DNA of 64,000 bases, from positions 5,296 to 69,295 of the forward strand of contig JAFPEE010000225.1 in assembly GCA_017389705.1 (NCBI GenBank). The letters run 5' to 3'. Source of the DNA: Prevotella sp. GTDB lineage: Bacteria > Bacteroidota > Bacteroidia > Bacteroidales > Bacteroidaceae. Below, piece by piece: positions 10,593 to 20,144 of the stretch; positions within the stretch are counted from its first letter, which is position 1, and every line of letters starts with the position of its first letter. The position numbers and the translations under genes were made by a program. The notes below the pieces were generated by a model. That model was given only the letters and a program-made list of their open reading frames with translations. It was not told where the DNA came from and searched no databases.

Positions 10593-11930
10593 ATGAAAAA
10601 AGAAGGAAGTTTAAAAAGTACTATTGCAGTTTCACTTACTAATTATTTGGATGCAGGTGCAATTGTGGCTGGTGGTAGTGGTTTAACACTATGGCAGAAC
10701 TATCTCGGCTTGTCTGAAATGCATCTCGGTTGGTTGAACTTTATTAGCGCAAATGCTTTAGGTGCTGCTATAGGTGCCATTATTGGAGGCTTTTTAGCCG
10801 ACAAGTATGGTCGTAAGTTTATATTTACGTATAACCTTTTGGTGTATATGACGGGAGTATTGCTTATCATGTTAAGTGTTAATTTCCCTATGTTGTTATT
10901 GGGCTTCTTGGTCACAGGAATCTCAGTTGGTGTCGGTGTGCCTGCTTCGTGGACGTATATCTCTGAGTCATCCGAGGTCAACAACCGAGGTCGTAACATC
11001 TGTATCTCGCAGATGTCATGGGGCATCGGTCCGATGATAATTCTCCTATTGGGGATGCTATTAGCTCCTGAGGGTGTACTTTTCGGATGGGTTAAAAGTG
11101 TTGCTGGGATATTTATAGAGACCGCAACTTTAACCGATGCTGTTAAAGTTTTCTCTTCTCGTATAGTATTCTTCTCACTGTTCGTTGTTGCATTTATTGC
11201 TTGGAATTTGCAGCGTGGCTTGCAGGAAAGTGCTGAGTTTACTGCTCAAAAAAACACAGGTGAGAAACAGAATGGTCTAATGGATAATATCCGCCTACTG
11301 TTCACCAATAAGGTGGCTGTTAAAACGGTCTGTTTCTTAGCAGGCATTTATCTTACTTGGAATCTTGTTGCATCAGTGATGGGCTTCTTCCAACAGCATA
11401 TCTATGAGAAAGTGGGAGGCCTGACAAATGCAGAAGCAAACTGGGCAAGTTGCATACAATGGGCAGTTATTGTAGGAATAACTTTTATAACTTCTAAACT
11501 TATTGATAAAATTGAGCATAAGTTAATTTATGTGTTTGGGCTTGTCATTGCAATTTTGGCATGGATAGTTGTATTAGAGCCAGGCGTTGATACTACTTTT
11601 GGCTTATGGGCATTTGCTATTCTGTGGGGTATTCAGGGCGGAACGTCCGTTCAGATATTCTATGCTCTGTGGGGCTCAGAACTTTTCCCTGCAAAGTTTC
11701 GTGCCGGCGCACAAGGTTTCATGTTCTTCTTAGTACGTGGTTTATGTGCTTTTGGTGGTTTAACGTTTACACATATTTTTGGAAAAGAGGGTGAGGGTCT
11801 AATTACAGCAGCTTATATTATGATGGCTTTATTGGCAATATCATTAATAGTTGGAGTTGTCGGTTCTCCGAAAACTCGCGCAAGATCTCTTGAAGAGATA
11901 ACTAAAGAACGTTATGGCGATAATTATTGA
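10593..11930 (+). CDS. MFS sugar transporter, IolF/RhaY-like
   Basis: TIAVSLTNYLDAGAIVAG, GGFLADKYGRK, ASWT and SELFPAKFRAGAQG resemble Bacillus IolF; AT-rich codon usage. Confidence 0.8.
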   Translation: MKKEGSLKSTIAVSLTNYLDAGAIVAGGSGLTLWQNYLGLSEMHLGWLNFISANALGAAIGAIIGGFLADKYGRKFIFTYNLLVYMTGVLLIMLSVNFPMLLLGFLVTGISVGVGVPASWTYISESSEVNNRGRNICISQMSWGIGPMIILLLGMLLAPEGVLFGWVKSVAGIFIETATLTDAVKVFSSRIVFFSLFVVAFIAWNLQRGLQESAEFTAQKNTGEKQNGLMDNIRLLFTNKVAVKTVCFLAGIYLTWNLVASVMGFFQQHIYEKVGGLTNAEANWASCIQWAVIVGITFITSKLIDKIEHKLIYVFGLVIAILAWIVVLEPGVDTTFGLWAFAILWGIQGGTSVQIFYALWGSELFPAKFRAGAQGFMFFLVRGLCAFGGLTFTHIFGKEGEGLITAAYIMMALLAISLIVGVVGSPKTRARSLEEITKERYGDNY

Positions 11931-11948
11931 TGTGTTGAGAGAGTTGGC

Positions 11949-12314
11949 ATGAATGATTTCTATTACAGAAAACTTGTTGTTTACCATAAGTCAATGGAAC
12001 TTGTAAAGAGGGTCTATCAGCTAACAGAATCATTTCCTTCTTCTGAGCGTCATGGACTGACGAATCAGATACAGCGAGCAGTGATATCAATCCCTTCCAA
12101 TATTGCAGAAGGAATGGGGCGTTTCTCAAATAAAGAGCGTATTCACTTCTTGGAAATTGCTAATGGTTCATTAATGGAGGTAATGTGTCAATTGGAGGCC
12201 TCATTACTGCTTGGCTATATCTCTCAACAACAATTCGATGAACAAGAATTATTTATATCAGAAACCACAAGAATGTTGGTTGCATTAAGAAAGACATTCG
12301 AAGATAAAGTATAA
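11949..12314 (+). CDS. Four-helix-bundle protein (23S rRNA IVP / TIGR02436 family)
   Basis: L.VY.KS, FP..E.HGLT.QIQRA.ISIPSNIAEG and FLEIANGSL.E signature. Confidence 0.92.
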   Translation: MNDFYYRKLVVYHKSMELVKRVYQLTESFPSSERHGLTNQIQRAVISIPSNIAEGMGRFSNKERIHFLEIANGSLMEVMCQLEASLLLGYISQQQFDEQELFISETTRMLVALRKTFEDKV

Positions 12315-12354
12315 CACAAGGTGTAGGAAGAGGCAAAAGGCTGCGAATTAACAA

Positions 12355-12388
12355 TTCTCTTACCTCTCACCTCTTACCTCTCACCTCT
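12355..12388 (-). repeat. Right arm of the perfect 34-bp inverted repeat
   Basis: ttctcttacctctcacctcttacctctcacctct. Confidence 0.95.
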
Positions 12389-12400
12389 AAAAAGTATATT

Positions 12401-13222
12401 ATGAAAAGTATATTAGAAGGCCGTCCCGAGTTGAAGGCTGTTATTGATCAGATTGCCGAGGTGACGGGATACCTCTGGCAGAAAGGATGGGCAGAGCGTA
12501 ATGGTGGTAACATCACCGTCAACGTCACGGAGTATATGGATGAGGAATGCAAGTCCATGGAGGCCATCTCGCCAGTGAAACAAATCGGTCTGACGCTGCC
12601 CCAGCTGAAAGGTAAGTATTTCTATTGCAAGGGTACAGGCAAGCGCATGCGCGACCTGGCTAAGGAACCCATGCAGAACGGTTCCATTATCCGCATCTGT
12701 GACGACTGTGCCTCATACGAGGTGATAGCCGATGTGAACGTGGTGCCCACCTCGGAGCTGCCTACTCATCTGGCGCTACAGAACTACCTGTTAGAGACGG
12801 GCTCATGCTATAAGGCAACGCTGCATACACACCCTATCGAGCTGGTGGCCATGAGCCATATACAGCGTTTCCTGAAGGGTGACGAAATGACACGTGTGCT
12901 GTGGTCTATGATTCCTGAGACATTGGCCTTTGCTCCCCTGGGTATAGGCATAGTGCCTTATGCCATGCCTTCGTCAGTAGCACTTGCTGAGGCTACCCTG
13001 GAGCAGATTAAGACACACGATGTGGTGATGTGGGAGAAGCATGGAACGGTTGCTGTAGGACAGGACATCATGGATGCCTTCGACCAGACCGATGTGCTCT
13101 GCAAGGCTGCCAACATCTACATGTGTGCCCGCTCGATGGGCTCCGAGCCTGATGGCATGACCTTCGAGCAGATGAAGGAAGTGCAGGATGTGTTCAACCT
13201 GCCAAAGAAACGTCCTTGCTGA
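12401..13222 (+). CDS. rhaD: Rhamnulose-1-phosphate aldolase (class II)
   Basis: KGWAERNGGN, PTSELPTH, HTHP and WEKHG motifs. Confidence 0.9.
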   Translation: MKSILEGRPELKAVIDQIAEVTGYLWQKGWAERNGGNITVNVTEYMDEECKSMEAISPVKQIGLTLPQLKGKYFYCKGTGKRMRDLAKEPMQNGSIIRICDDCASYEVIADVNVVPTSELPTHLALQNYLLETGSCYKATLHTHPIELVAMSHIQRFLKGDEMTRVLWSMIPETLAFAPLGIGIVPYAMPSSVALAEATLEQIKTHDVVMWEKHGTVAVGQDIMDAFDQTDVLCKAANIYMCARSMGSEPDGMTFEQMKEVQDVFNLPKKRPC

Positions 13223-13226
13223 GAAA

Positions 13227-13257
13227 GGCTTTTGGCAGTTAGCTTTTAGCTAATAGC
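13227..13257. repeat. Degenerate heptamer tract
   Basis: GGCTTTT GGCAGTT AGCTTTT AGCTAAT AGC. Confidence 0.65.
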
Positions 13258-13283
13258 ATTAAAAACGAAACAAAGCTACGGGT

Positions 13284-13895
13284 TCAGTCGAAGATTCTGA
13301 ACTCGTAGCCTTCATTTTGTAACCATTCGATGGACATAGGCAGAGCAGTACGCAGTTTCTCGATGCTCTTCAGAGAGTCGTGGAAGGTGATGATGCTGCC
13401 ATTACGGGCATAACGTTTGACGTTGTTGAGTACGTCTTCTGCTGTCAGCCATTTAGAGTAGTCGCGGGTGACAAGGTCCCACATGACAATCTTAAACTTA
13501 CGGGAAAGCCAGGCATACTGGCCTAAGCGCATCCATCCGTGGGGTGGGCGAACAAGATTGGTACGCAGATAGGCATTGGCCTTCTCTACATTATAGCTGT
13601 ACTCACGGATGGTATTGCTAAATCCTCCGATGTGGTTATGGGTGTGATTACCAATACGGTGTCCTTCGGCTATGACGCGCTGGTGTAGCTCAGGATATTT
13701 TCGGGCATTGTCGCCTACCATGAAGAACGTGGCTTTGATATGATAGCGCTTCAGCACGTCGAGGATAAACGGCGTAGCCTCGGGTATAGGACCGTCATCA
13801 AAGGTCAGGTATACCGACCTCTCATGACGATCCATACGCCATAGCGCTTTGGGGTAAAGCCATCGTAGCCACTTGGCAGGTTGCTCGATAAACAT
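13284..13895 (-). CDS. Polysaccharide deacetylase (CE4/NodB)
   Basis: LTFDDGP, GNHTHNH, RPPHG and ITFHD motifs. Confidence 0.92.
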   Translation of the reverse strand: MFIEQPAKWLRWLYPKALWRMDRHERSVYLTFDDGPIPEATPFILDVLKRYHIKATFFMVGDNARKYPELHQRVIAEGHRIGNHTHNHIGGFSNTIREYSYNVEKANAYLRTNLVRPPHGWMRLGQYAWLSRKFKIVMWDLVTRDYSKWLTAEDVLNNVKRYARNGSIITFHDSLKSIEKLRTALPMSIEWLQNEGYEFRIFD

Positions 13896-13930
13896 TGCAG
13901 TTAGCTTTTATCAGTTAGCTGTTGGCTTTC
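13896..13930 (-). repeat. Heptamer tract filling the whole intergenic gap
   Basis: Minus strand reads GAAAGCC AACAGCT AACTGAT AAAAGCT AACTGCA, directly followed by ATG. Confidence 0.75.
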
Positions 13931-16900
13931 TAATATCCCAGGTTGCCGCCTTTCTGCTCATAGATTGCCGCCATCTGGTTCAACTCCTGCATGTGCTTGT
14001 CGGCCCACTTCTGGTCGAAGGTGTCGCTAATGGCAATGAGCTGCTGCATGATGTAGAGCTGGATGGCACAATCGTTCTGAGCTGCATCGAAGCGGTATCC
14101 TTCCAGTGAGCAGTACCAGCGCAAATACTGGCTGGCAGTAGTCCACAGCTCATCCATGATGGCCTTGGCCTCCTTGGCCTTGCCAATGCTGGCCCAGCCA
14201 CGAACCAAGTCCATAGAACCGCTGCTATAGTTGTGAGGAACATTGAAGCTCGGTATCATCTTGGCTGTGTAGCTCAGCACTTTCTCTGCCTGTTCGTCCT
14301 TGCCCTCGTTAATCAGCTCAAGAGCCAGCTTAGCCATGATGCGACGATGGGTATAGCACATACGGGTTACTGTCTCGTCGAGATAGATACCAGGCTTGTC
14401 GATGCCACCAAACTTGAAGCGGTTCATGATGTTATCATAAGTACGCTTTGTGTCGAAATTCTTCACGCCATCAATCGACTTGCCGCCATTGGTGGTGGTG
14501 AAAGGCGTGATGCGGTAGGCCAGGCCCTCAGTGATGGTATTGTCGCCCAGGTTGATGTAGTTATCCTCGCCAACGCTGACAGCCACATAGATGGGACGTG
14601 TCCAGTTACACTCAGACAGCATCTCCAGTATCATCAGGTCGCCTTTATAGAGGGCATGCTTACCCTTGAGGGAGATGACCATCTTGTCAGGGATGGAGTC
14701 GGTAGCCATCATCATGCCACTCTTGCGGACAGCCTCCTTGTCAATGGTCATGTAGAGCGTGTCGGTAGGAATCATGTGCAGGTCCTGATTCTTGGAGCGT
14801 ACCCAGTATTTGAGCACGTTCTTCAACTCGAAGGGCTCGTCACCGAACTGCTCCCGGGCCTGCTCAGGATTCTCCTTGTAGTGTGCCAGTACGGCTTCCT
14901 TCATGCTGGGCTCGACGGTGATGTATTCGTTGGTGCCTGCACAGTACTCGATACGTTCCCACGAGATGGGTACGGAAGGCGAGTCATAGGCAGGACGGCG
15001 CATCTGGTCGATGTACCAGTCTGTCTGCAGATAAGAGAGGTTGCAGACGCGGGCATCAGTACGCACGCCCTCTACGTCCTGGGTGTACCACAGGGGGAAG
15101 GTGTCGTTATCGCCATTGGTATAGATGATAGGATTGTTCTCTTGTTGCAGCGACATCAGGTAGTTCTGTCCGAAGTCACGACAGGTGTAACGTTCTGAAC
15201 GGTCGTGGTCGTCCCAGGTCTGAGAGGCCATCTGCACAGGAACCATCAGGCAGACGATGCTGACAAGGGCTGCGATAGCGGTAGCAAATTTCTCACTCTT
15301 AATCTTTTCCCTTAACATCTCGATGATGGCTGCCACGCCAATGCCACACCAGATGGCGAAGGCGTAGAAAGACCCTGCATAGGCATAGTCGCGTTCACGA
15401 GGCTGCATCGGTGTCTGGTTCAGGTAGATGACGATGGCCAGACCTGTCATGAAGAACAGGAAGAAGACCACCCAGAACTGGCGGATACCCGTCTGGTCCT
15501 GCTTGGAGCCATGGTGTTTGGCCAGTGACTGCCAGAAGAGTCCGATAATACCCAGCAGCAGAGGCAGCATGTAGAACACGTTATGACCCTTGTTGTTCTT
15601 CAGCTCGTCGGGTAACAGGTCTTGGTCGCCCAGACGCCAGTCGTCGAACCACTCGATGCCACTCAGCCAGTTGCCATGCTCCAGCTCTCCATTACCCTGT
15701 ATGTCGTTCTGACGACCAGCAAAGTTCCACATGAAGTAGCGCCAGTACATCCAGTTACACTGGTAGCTGATGAAGAAGCGCAGGTTCTCAAACTGTGAGG
15801 GTACCTTGACGCTTACCATCTCGCCACAGCGGTCGTACTGTACCTCGCTGCCACTGACGCCCCCCATCCAACTCTCGTAAGCATCGCGGTGGGAAGAGCT
15901 ATACATGCGTGGGAACAGCATGTTCTGGGCATATTTATATTCGTCTTTGGTGCGTACAACGAAGTATTCATCCTTCTCGTCTGGTGAAGCTTTCTCCTTG
16001 CGTTGCCATACGGGGTCGCCATTGGTCATGACGGGACGACAGTATTCGCCGTCCTTCTCCAAGGCAACCTGTGAGGTATAGGCCTGCCCGTAGAAGAGTG
16101 GACGCTGGCCGTACTGCTCGCGACCCAGGTACTCGCCCAGGGTGAAGATGTCCTCTGGTGAGTTCTGGTCCATGGGTGGGTTGGCTGCTGAACGGATGAC
16201 GATGAGGGCATACGATGAGTAGCCAATCATCAGCATCAGCATGCAGAGCAGGGAGGTGTTCTTGATACGTGCTGAAACGAGGAGCTTCTTACCTTGTTTG
16301 TAGCTCAGTATGAACCACATGATGGCCAGTACCACCAGTCCGATGATGGCTGCACTCCATCCATGGCCATAGAAGGGAATACCCAGCATGGCTACAGCCA
16401 GAAGGAAGGCAATGTTCTGGCGCTTCTGGTTCAGGTCGTGGTAGGTTTCGTAGATGGCCCAGATGATGATGCCGATAAGCAGGAAGATGTAGATAATCTC
16501 ACCTGTATTGAATGGCATGCCGAGCATGTTGACAAACAGCAGTTCGAACCAGCCGCCTACCTGTACGATGCCAGGGACGACGCCATAAAGCACAGCTGCC
16601 AGGATGACAACGGAGATGCCGAGGGCTATGAGCGATCCCTTCAGGTCGCGCTTGGGATTGTCGGTGGGGAATTTCCGGTAGTAGTAGACCAGCACGATGG
16701 CAGGCAGGCACAGCAGGTTTAGCAGGTGAACGCCAATAGACAAGCCCGTCATGTACATTATTAGTACTAACCAACGGTCTGCATGCGGCTGGTCGGCCTG
16801 GTCTTCCCATTTCAGGATGAGCCAGAATACAACAGCGGTAAAGGCTGATGAATAGGCATAGACCTCACCCTCGACAGCAGAGAACCAGAAGGTGTCGCTG

Positions 16901-17298
16901 AAGGTGTAAATCAGCGCGCCCACCATGGCTGATGCCTCAATGGCAATCATCTTGGCTGTGGTCAGCTGGCTCCAATCCTTGATGAGCAGACGGCGCACCA
17001 GGTGCGAGATGGTCCAAAATAGGAACAGGATGGTGGCTGCAGAGAGCAGGGCACTCATCGTGTTGACCATATAGGCTACCTGACTGGGGTCAGAGGCAAA
17101 CTGCGAGAATAGGTTGGCAGTAAGCATGAAGAATGGTGCACCGGGCGGGTGACCGATTTCCAGTTTGTAACCAGTAGAGATAAACTCCGGACAGTCCCAG
17201 AACGAGGCTGTTGGCTCGATAGTGGAGCAATACACCACAGCAGCGATGGCAAACGCCAGCCAGCCCATGATATTGTCCACAAGTCTGAATTGTTTCAT
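13930..17298 (-). CDS. DUF2723 (TMEM260-like, GT-C fold) membrane protein
   Basis: ASFWDCPEF, HPPGAP, FWFSAVEGEVY, RERDY and GDNDTFPLWY motifs. Confidence 0.88.
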   Translation of the reverse strand: MKQFRLVDNIMGWLAFAIAAVVYCSTIEPTASFWDCPEFISTGYKLEIGHPPGAPFFMLTANLFSQFASDPSQVAYMVNTMSALLSAATILFLFWTISHLVRRLLIKDWSQLTTAKMIAIEASAMVGALIYTFSDTFWFSAVEGEVYAYSSAFTAVVFWLILKWEDQADQPHADRWLVLIMYMTGLSIGVHLLNLLCLPAIVLVYYYRKFPTDNPKRDLKGSLIALGISVVILAAVLYGVVPGIVQVGGWFELLFVNMLGMPFNTGEIIYIFLLIGIIIWAIYETYHDLNQKRQNIAFLLAVAMLGIPFYGHGWSAAIIGLVVLAIMWFILSYKQGKKLLVSARIKNTSLLCMLMLMIGYSSYALIVIRSAANPPMDQNSPEDIFTLGEYLGREQYGQRPLFYGQAYTSQVALEKDGEYCRPVMTNGDPVWQRKEKASPDEKDEYFVVRTKDEYKYAQNMLFPRMYSSSHRDAYESWMGGVSGSEVQYDRCGEMVSVKVPSQFENLRFFISYQCNWMYWRYFMWNFAGRQNDIQGNGELEHGNWLSGIEWFDDWRLGDQDLLPDELKNNKGHNVFYMLPLLLGIIGLFWQSLAKHHGSKQDQTGIRQFWVVFFLFFMTGLAIVIYLNQTPMQPRERDYAYAGSFYAFAIWCGIGVAAIIEMLREKIKSEKFATAIAALVSIVCLMVPVQMASQTWDDHDRSERYTCRDFGQNYLMSLQQENNPIIYTNGDNDTFPLWYTQDVEGVRTDARVCNLSYLQTDWYIDQMRRPAYDSPSVPISWERIEYCAGTNEYITVEPSMKEAVLAHYKENPEQAREQFGDEPFELKNVLKYWVRSKNQDLHMIPTDTLYMTIDKEAVRKSGMMMATDSIPDKMVISLKGKHALYKGDLMILEMLSECNWTRPIYVAVSVGEDNYINLGDNTITEGLAYRITPFTTTNGGKSIDGVKNFDTKRTYDNIMNRFKFGGIDKPGIYLDETVTRMCYTHRRIMAKLALELINEGKDEQAEKVLSYTAKMIPSFNVPHNYSSGSMDLVRGWASIGKAKEAKAIMDELWTTASQYLRWYCSLEGYRFDAAQNDCAIQLYIMQQLIAISDTFDQKWADKHMQELNQMAAIYEQKGGNLGY

Positions 17299-17322
17299 TC
17301 TATTGTCAGTTTAATTAATTTG

Positions 17323-17330
17323 CAAAGGTA
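17323..17330 (-). promoter_or_regulatory. -7 promoter element of the DUF2723 gene
   Basis: TACCTTTG on the minus strand. Confidence 0.65.
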
Positions 17331-17384
17331 ATAAAATTAAGTGAAAAGTGAAGACGGAAAATTGAAAAATTAGCTTCCGCTATA

Positions 17385-17837
17385 TTATATTAACAATTGT
17401 GCACCATAGACAAGCAGTACGTAACGCAGGAATTTTCCGATGGTCATACTGGTCAGCGAGATGGGAATATTGGCCCTCATCAGGCCCAGGACTATCGTGA
17501 TGGCACTCCCCAGGACAGGCACGAAGGCAAAGAAGCCCATCCACGCACCGTGTCCGGCCATGAACCGCTGTGCCCTGTCCAGGTCTTTCTGCTTGACGTG
17601 CAGGTATTTCTCTATCCACTCAATCTTGCCTTGTCGCCCCACGAAATAGTTGAACATGCCTCCAGAGACATTGCCGATGGTGGCATAGATAATCAGCAGC
17701 CACGGGTCGAGCCCGGCAGCCAGGAATCCCGCCATCACCGCCTCGCTGCTGAAGGGGAAGAACGATCCGGCTATGAAGGCTACTACCAGCATGCCCCAAT
17801 AGCCATAGCTTATCAGGAGGGAGATAAAAACATCCAT
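17385..17837 (-). CDS. YqaA/DedA (VTT/SNARE-associated) membrane protein
   Basis: PFSSE, ATIGN..G..NY..G and GKFLRY motifs. Confidence 0.85.
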   Translation of the reverse strand: MDVFISLLISYGYWGMLVVAFIAGSFFPFSSEAVMAGFLAAGLDPWLLIIYATIGNVSGGMFNYFVGRQGKIEWIEKYLHVKQKDLDRAQRFMAGHGAWMGFFAFVPVLGSAITIVLGLMRANIPISLTSMTIGKFLRYVLLVYGAQLLI

Positions 17838-18751
17838 ATGTTGTAACCTGTTAGTATTAATGTAAGGACTATGAAAGCGCAGAAGGCGATGTTGGTCATC
17901 TTGGTTGAGGTCAACGCCAGGAAGTGGGCTATCAGAGGAGCAGTACAGATAATCATGATGCGCATCAGACAGTCATAATGCTGTGGCTGCAAAATCAGGA
18001 ATAAGGCTGTTGCCAAATCAGTCCAGATGAAGAAACCGAAGATGAGCCGGACGCGAATCTTGTCGTCGTGGTGCTTGTTGATGTAATGGATGATGCCTGT
18101 AATGGCGGCCATGCCAACGAGTGCGAAGGTTGCTATCTGACTGGTACTCAGGATAGAGAAGTCGAACGGGACTTTGAAGGCAGCCAGTCTCGCAAAGTGG
18201 TTGATGAGCGGCGTGAAATCGCCAGCCCACACCAAAAGACAGGACTCATACCAATAAGGTGTCAGCAATCCAAGTACCGAGGCTCCCCACGTTCGCCAGG
18301 ACAATGACTGCAGCTGGGTGGCTGACAGGAGCCACAGCAAGGGCAGGTAGTACAGCACTTGGGCATAGAAGATGCTGGCCGTTCCAAACAGCAGATATGC
18401 GTAGTAGGTATATCCTCCGGACTGCTTGTCTTGATAGCTCATAAACAGCATGAACATGGAGCCAATGATACACACCTCCATGATGCCTTTGTGTGCAAAC
18501 GGAAACAGGAAACAGGCACAGCAGGTCAGGACAAGGAACGAACAACTCACCATTCGCGAGTAGATGCGGATAAGTGCATTGGTGTTGTTCATCTCTGCCA
18601 TGAGAATGGCCGATACACCAAAGCAGACGAACTGTGCCCACCATTGCTGCTGGATAAGTCCGCAGAGCAGCCAAACGCCTGTGGCATAGATGGTTGTCAC
18701 AGGTAAGGCCAACTTGCTTTCTGCAACCTTGTTCTGTAGTCGTTTCCTCAT
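17813..18751 (-). CDS. Conserved polytopic membrane protein (DUF6427-like)
   Basis: Multiple TM helices; lies downstream of purD, a synteny I recall from Bacteroidales. Confidence 0.6.
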   Translation of the reverse strand: MRKRLQNKVAESKLALPVTTIYATGVWLLCGLIQQQWWAQFVCFGVSAILMAEMNNTNALIRIYSRMVSCSFLVLTCCACFLFPFAHKGIMEVCIIGSMFMLFMSYQDKQSGGYTYYAYLLFGTASIFYAQVLYYLPLLWLLSATQLQSLSWRTWGASVLGLLTPYWYESCLLVWAGDFTPLINHFARLAAFKVPFDFSILSTSQIATFALVGMAAITGIIHYINKHHDDKIRVRLIFGFFIWTDLATALFLILQPQHYDCLMRIMIICTAPLIAHFLALTSTKMTNIAFCAFIVLTLILTGYNIWMFLSPS

Positions 18752-20020
18752 TTACAGGTCTGCACCAATGTCACGACGGAAGTACTTGTCGGTGAATTGT
18801 ATCTTCTGAGCCTCATCAAATGATTTCTGCAAGGCCTCGGCCTTGTCCTTGCCATATGACGAGACAGCGATGACGCGTCCGCCATTGGTGACGACCTGAC
18901 CATCCTTGAGGGCTGTTCCTGCATGGAAGACGATGCTGCCCTCCACCTGGTCGATGCCTGTGATGGGGTAGCCCTTTTTGTACTCTTGGGGATATCCGCC
19001 GGAAACCAGCATGACGCAGACTGCAGCACGCTCGTCGAACGCTATCTCGCGCTTGTCCAGACGGCCTTCAGCAATGCCCTCGAACAGGTCTACAATGTCT
19101 GACTTCAGTCGAAGCATGACGCTCTCGGTCTCCGGATCGCCCATGCGGCAGTTGTACTCAATGACCATCGGTTCGCCCTTGACGTTGATGAGTCCAAAGA
19201 AGATAAAGCCCTTATAGTCAATGCCTTCAGCCTTCAGTCCCTCAACAGTAGGACGTACGATGCGGTCGTCCACCTTCTGCATCCACTCCTTGGTAGCAAA
19301 GGGAACAGGGCTGACAGAGCCCATGCCGCCGGTGTTCAGACCCGTGTCGTGTTCGCCAATGCGCTTGTAGTCCTTGGCCTCAGGCAGAATCTTATAGTGC
19401 TCGCCGTCTGTCAGCACGAAGACAGAACACTCAATACCACTCAGGAATTCCTCGATGACCACACGGCTGGAGGCATTGCCAAACATGCCGCCCAGCATCT
19501 CCTTCAGCTCCTTCTTGGCCTCGTCGAGGGTAGGGAGGATAAGGACGCCCTTTCCTGCACAAAGACCATCGGCCTTCAGTACATAAGGTGCTTCCAGCGT
19601 TTCAAGGTAAGCCAGACCCTCCTCCAGGTGCTCTCCGTCGAAGGTCTCGTGGCGGGCCGTGGGAATCTGGTGACGCTGCATAAAGCCCTTGGCAAAGTCC
19701 TTCGAGCCTTCCAGCACAGCACCAGCCTTTGAGGGACCGATGACGGGAATGTCCTTCGTCCTTGCGTCAGCCTTCAGGTCGTCGTAGATGCCCTTCACCA
19801 GAGGATCCTCAGGACCTACCACCACCATGCCAATCTGCTTCTCCACGCAAAACTGCTTGATAGCCTCGAAATCGTCAGCCTTCATGCTGACATTCTCACC
19901 ACAGTTGCTTGTGCCAGCATTACCTGGCGCAATGTACAGCTTCTCACACTTGCTGCTCTGAGCAATCTTCCATGCCAGGGCGTGCTCGCGCCCGCCACTA
20001 CCTAATAAAAGTATCTTCAT
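18752..20020 (-). CDS. purD: Phosphoribosylamine-glycine ligase
   Basis: [28 protein letters not shown] and [10 protein letters not shown]. Confidence 0.97.
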   Translation of the reverse strand: MKILLLGSGGREHALAWKIAQSSKCEKLYIAPGNAGTSNCGENVSMKADDFEAIKQFCVEKQIGMVVVGPEDPLVKGIYDDLKADARTKDIPVIGPSKAGAVLEGSKDFAKGFMQRHQIPTARHETFDGEHLEEGLAYLETLEAPYVLKADGLCAGKGVLILPTLDEAKKELKEMLGGMFGNASSRVVIEEFLSGIECSVFVLTDGEHYKILPEAKDYKRIGEHDTGLNTGGMGSVSPVPFATKEWMQKVDDRIVRPTVEGLKAEGIDYKGFIFFGLINVKGEPMVIEYNCRMGDPETESVMLRLKSDIVDLFEGIAEGRLDKREIAFDERAAVCVMLVSGGYPQEYKKGYPITGIDQVEGSIVFHAGTALKDGQVVTNGGRVIAVSSYGKDKAEALQKSFDEAQKIQFTDKYFRRDIGADL

Positions 20021-20049
20021 CTTTAATCTCTAATTTTGCAAAATCGCTG

Positions 20050-20081
20050 CAAAGGTAGCGCTTTTTCTTGATACATCCAAA
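20050..20081 (-). promoter_or_regulatory. purD promoter
   Basis: TTTG (-33) and TACCTTTG (-7), 20-nt spacing. Confidence 0.75.
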
Positions 20082-20144
20082 TTTGAACGCCTCGAATGCA
20101 CCGAAAACATTTCATTCGCTCTGACAGGAGCATAGATGTTTATC

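Noticed and set aside
11949-12314. Diversity-generating retroelement (Avd-like gene)
   Set aside because: No reverse transcriptase and no TR/VR pair seen in the window
9053-15198. Long antisense ORFs (9053-9955, 14233-15198; similarly 34759-35544)
   Set aside because: Shadows of well-supported genes on the opposite strand with no recognisable motifs
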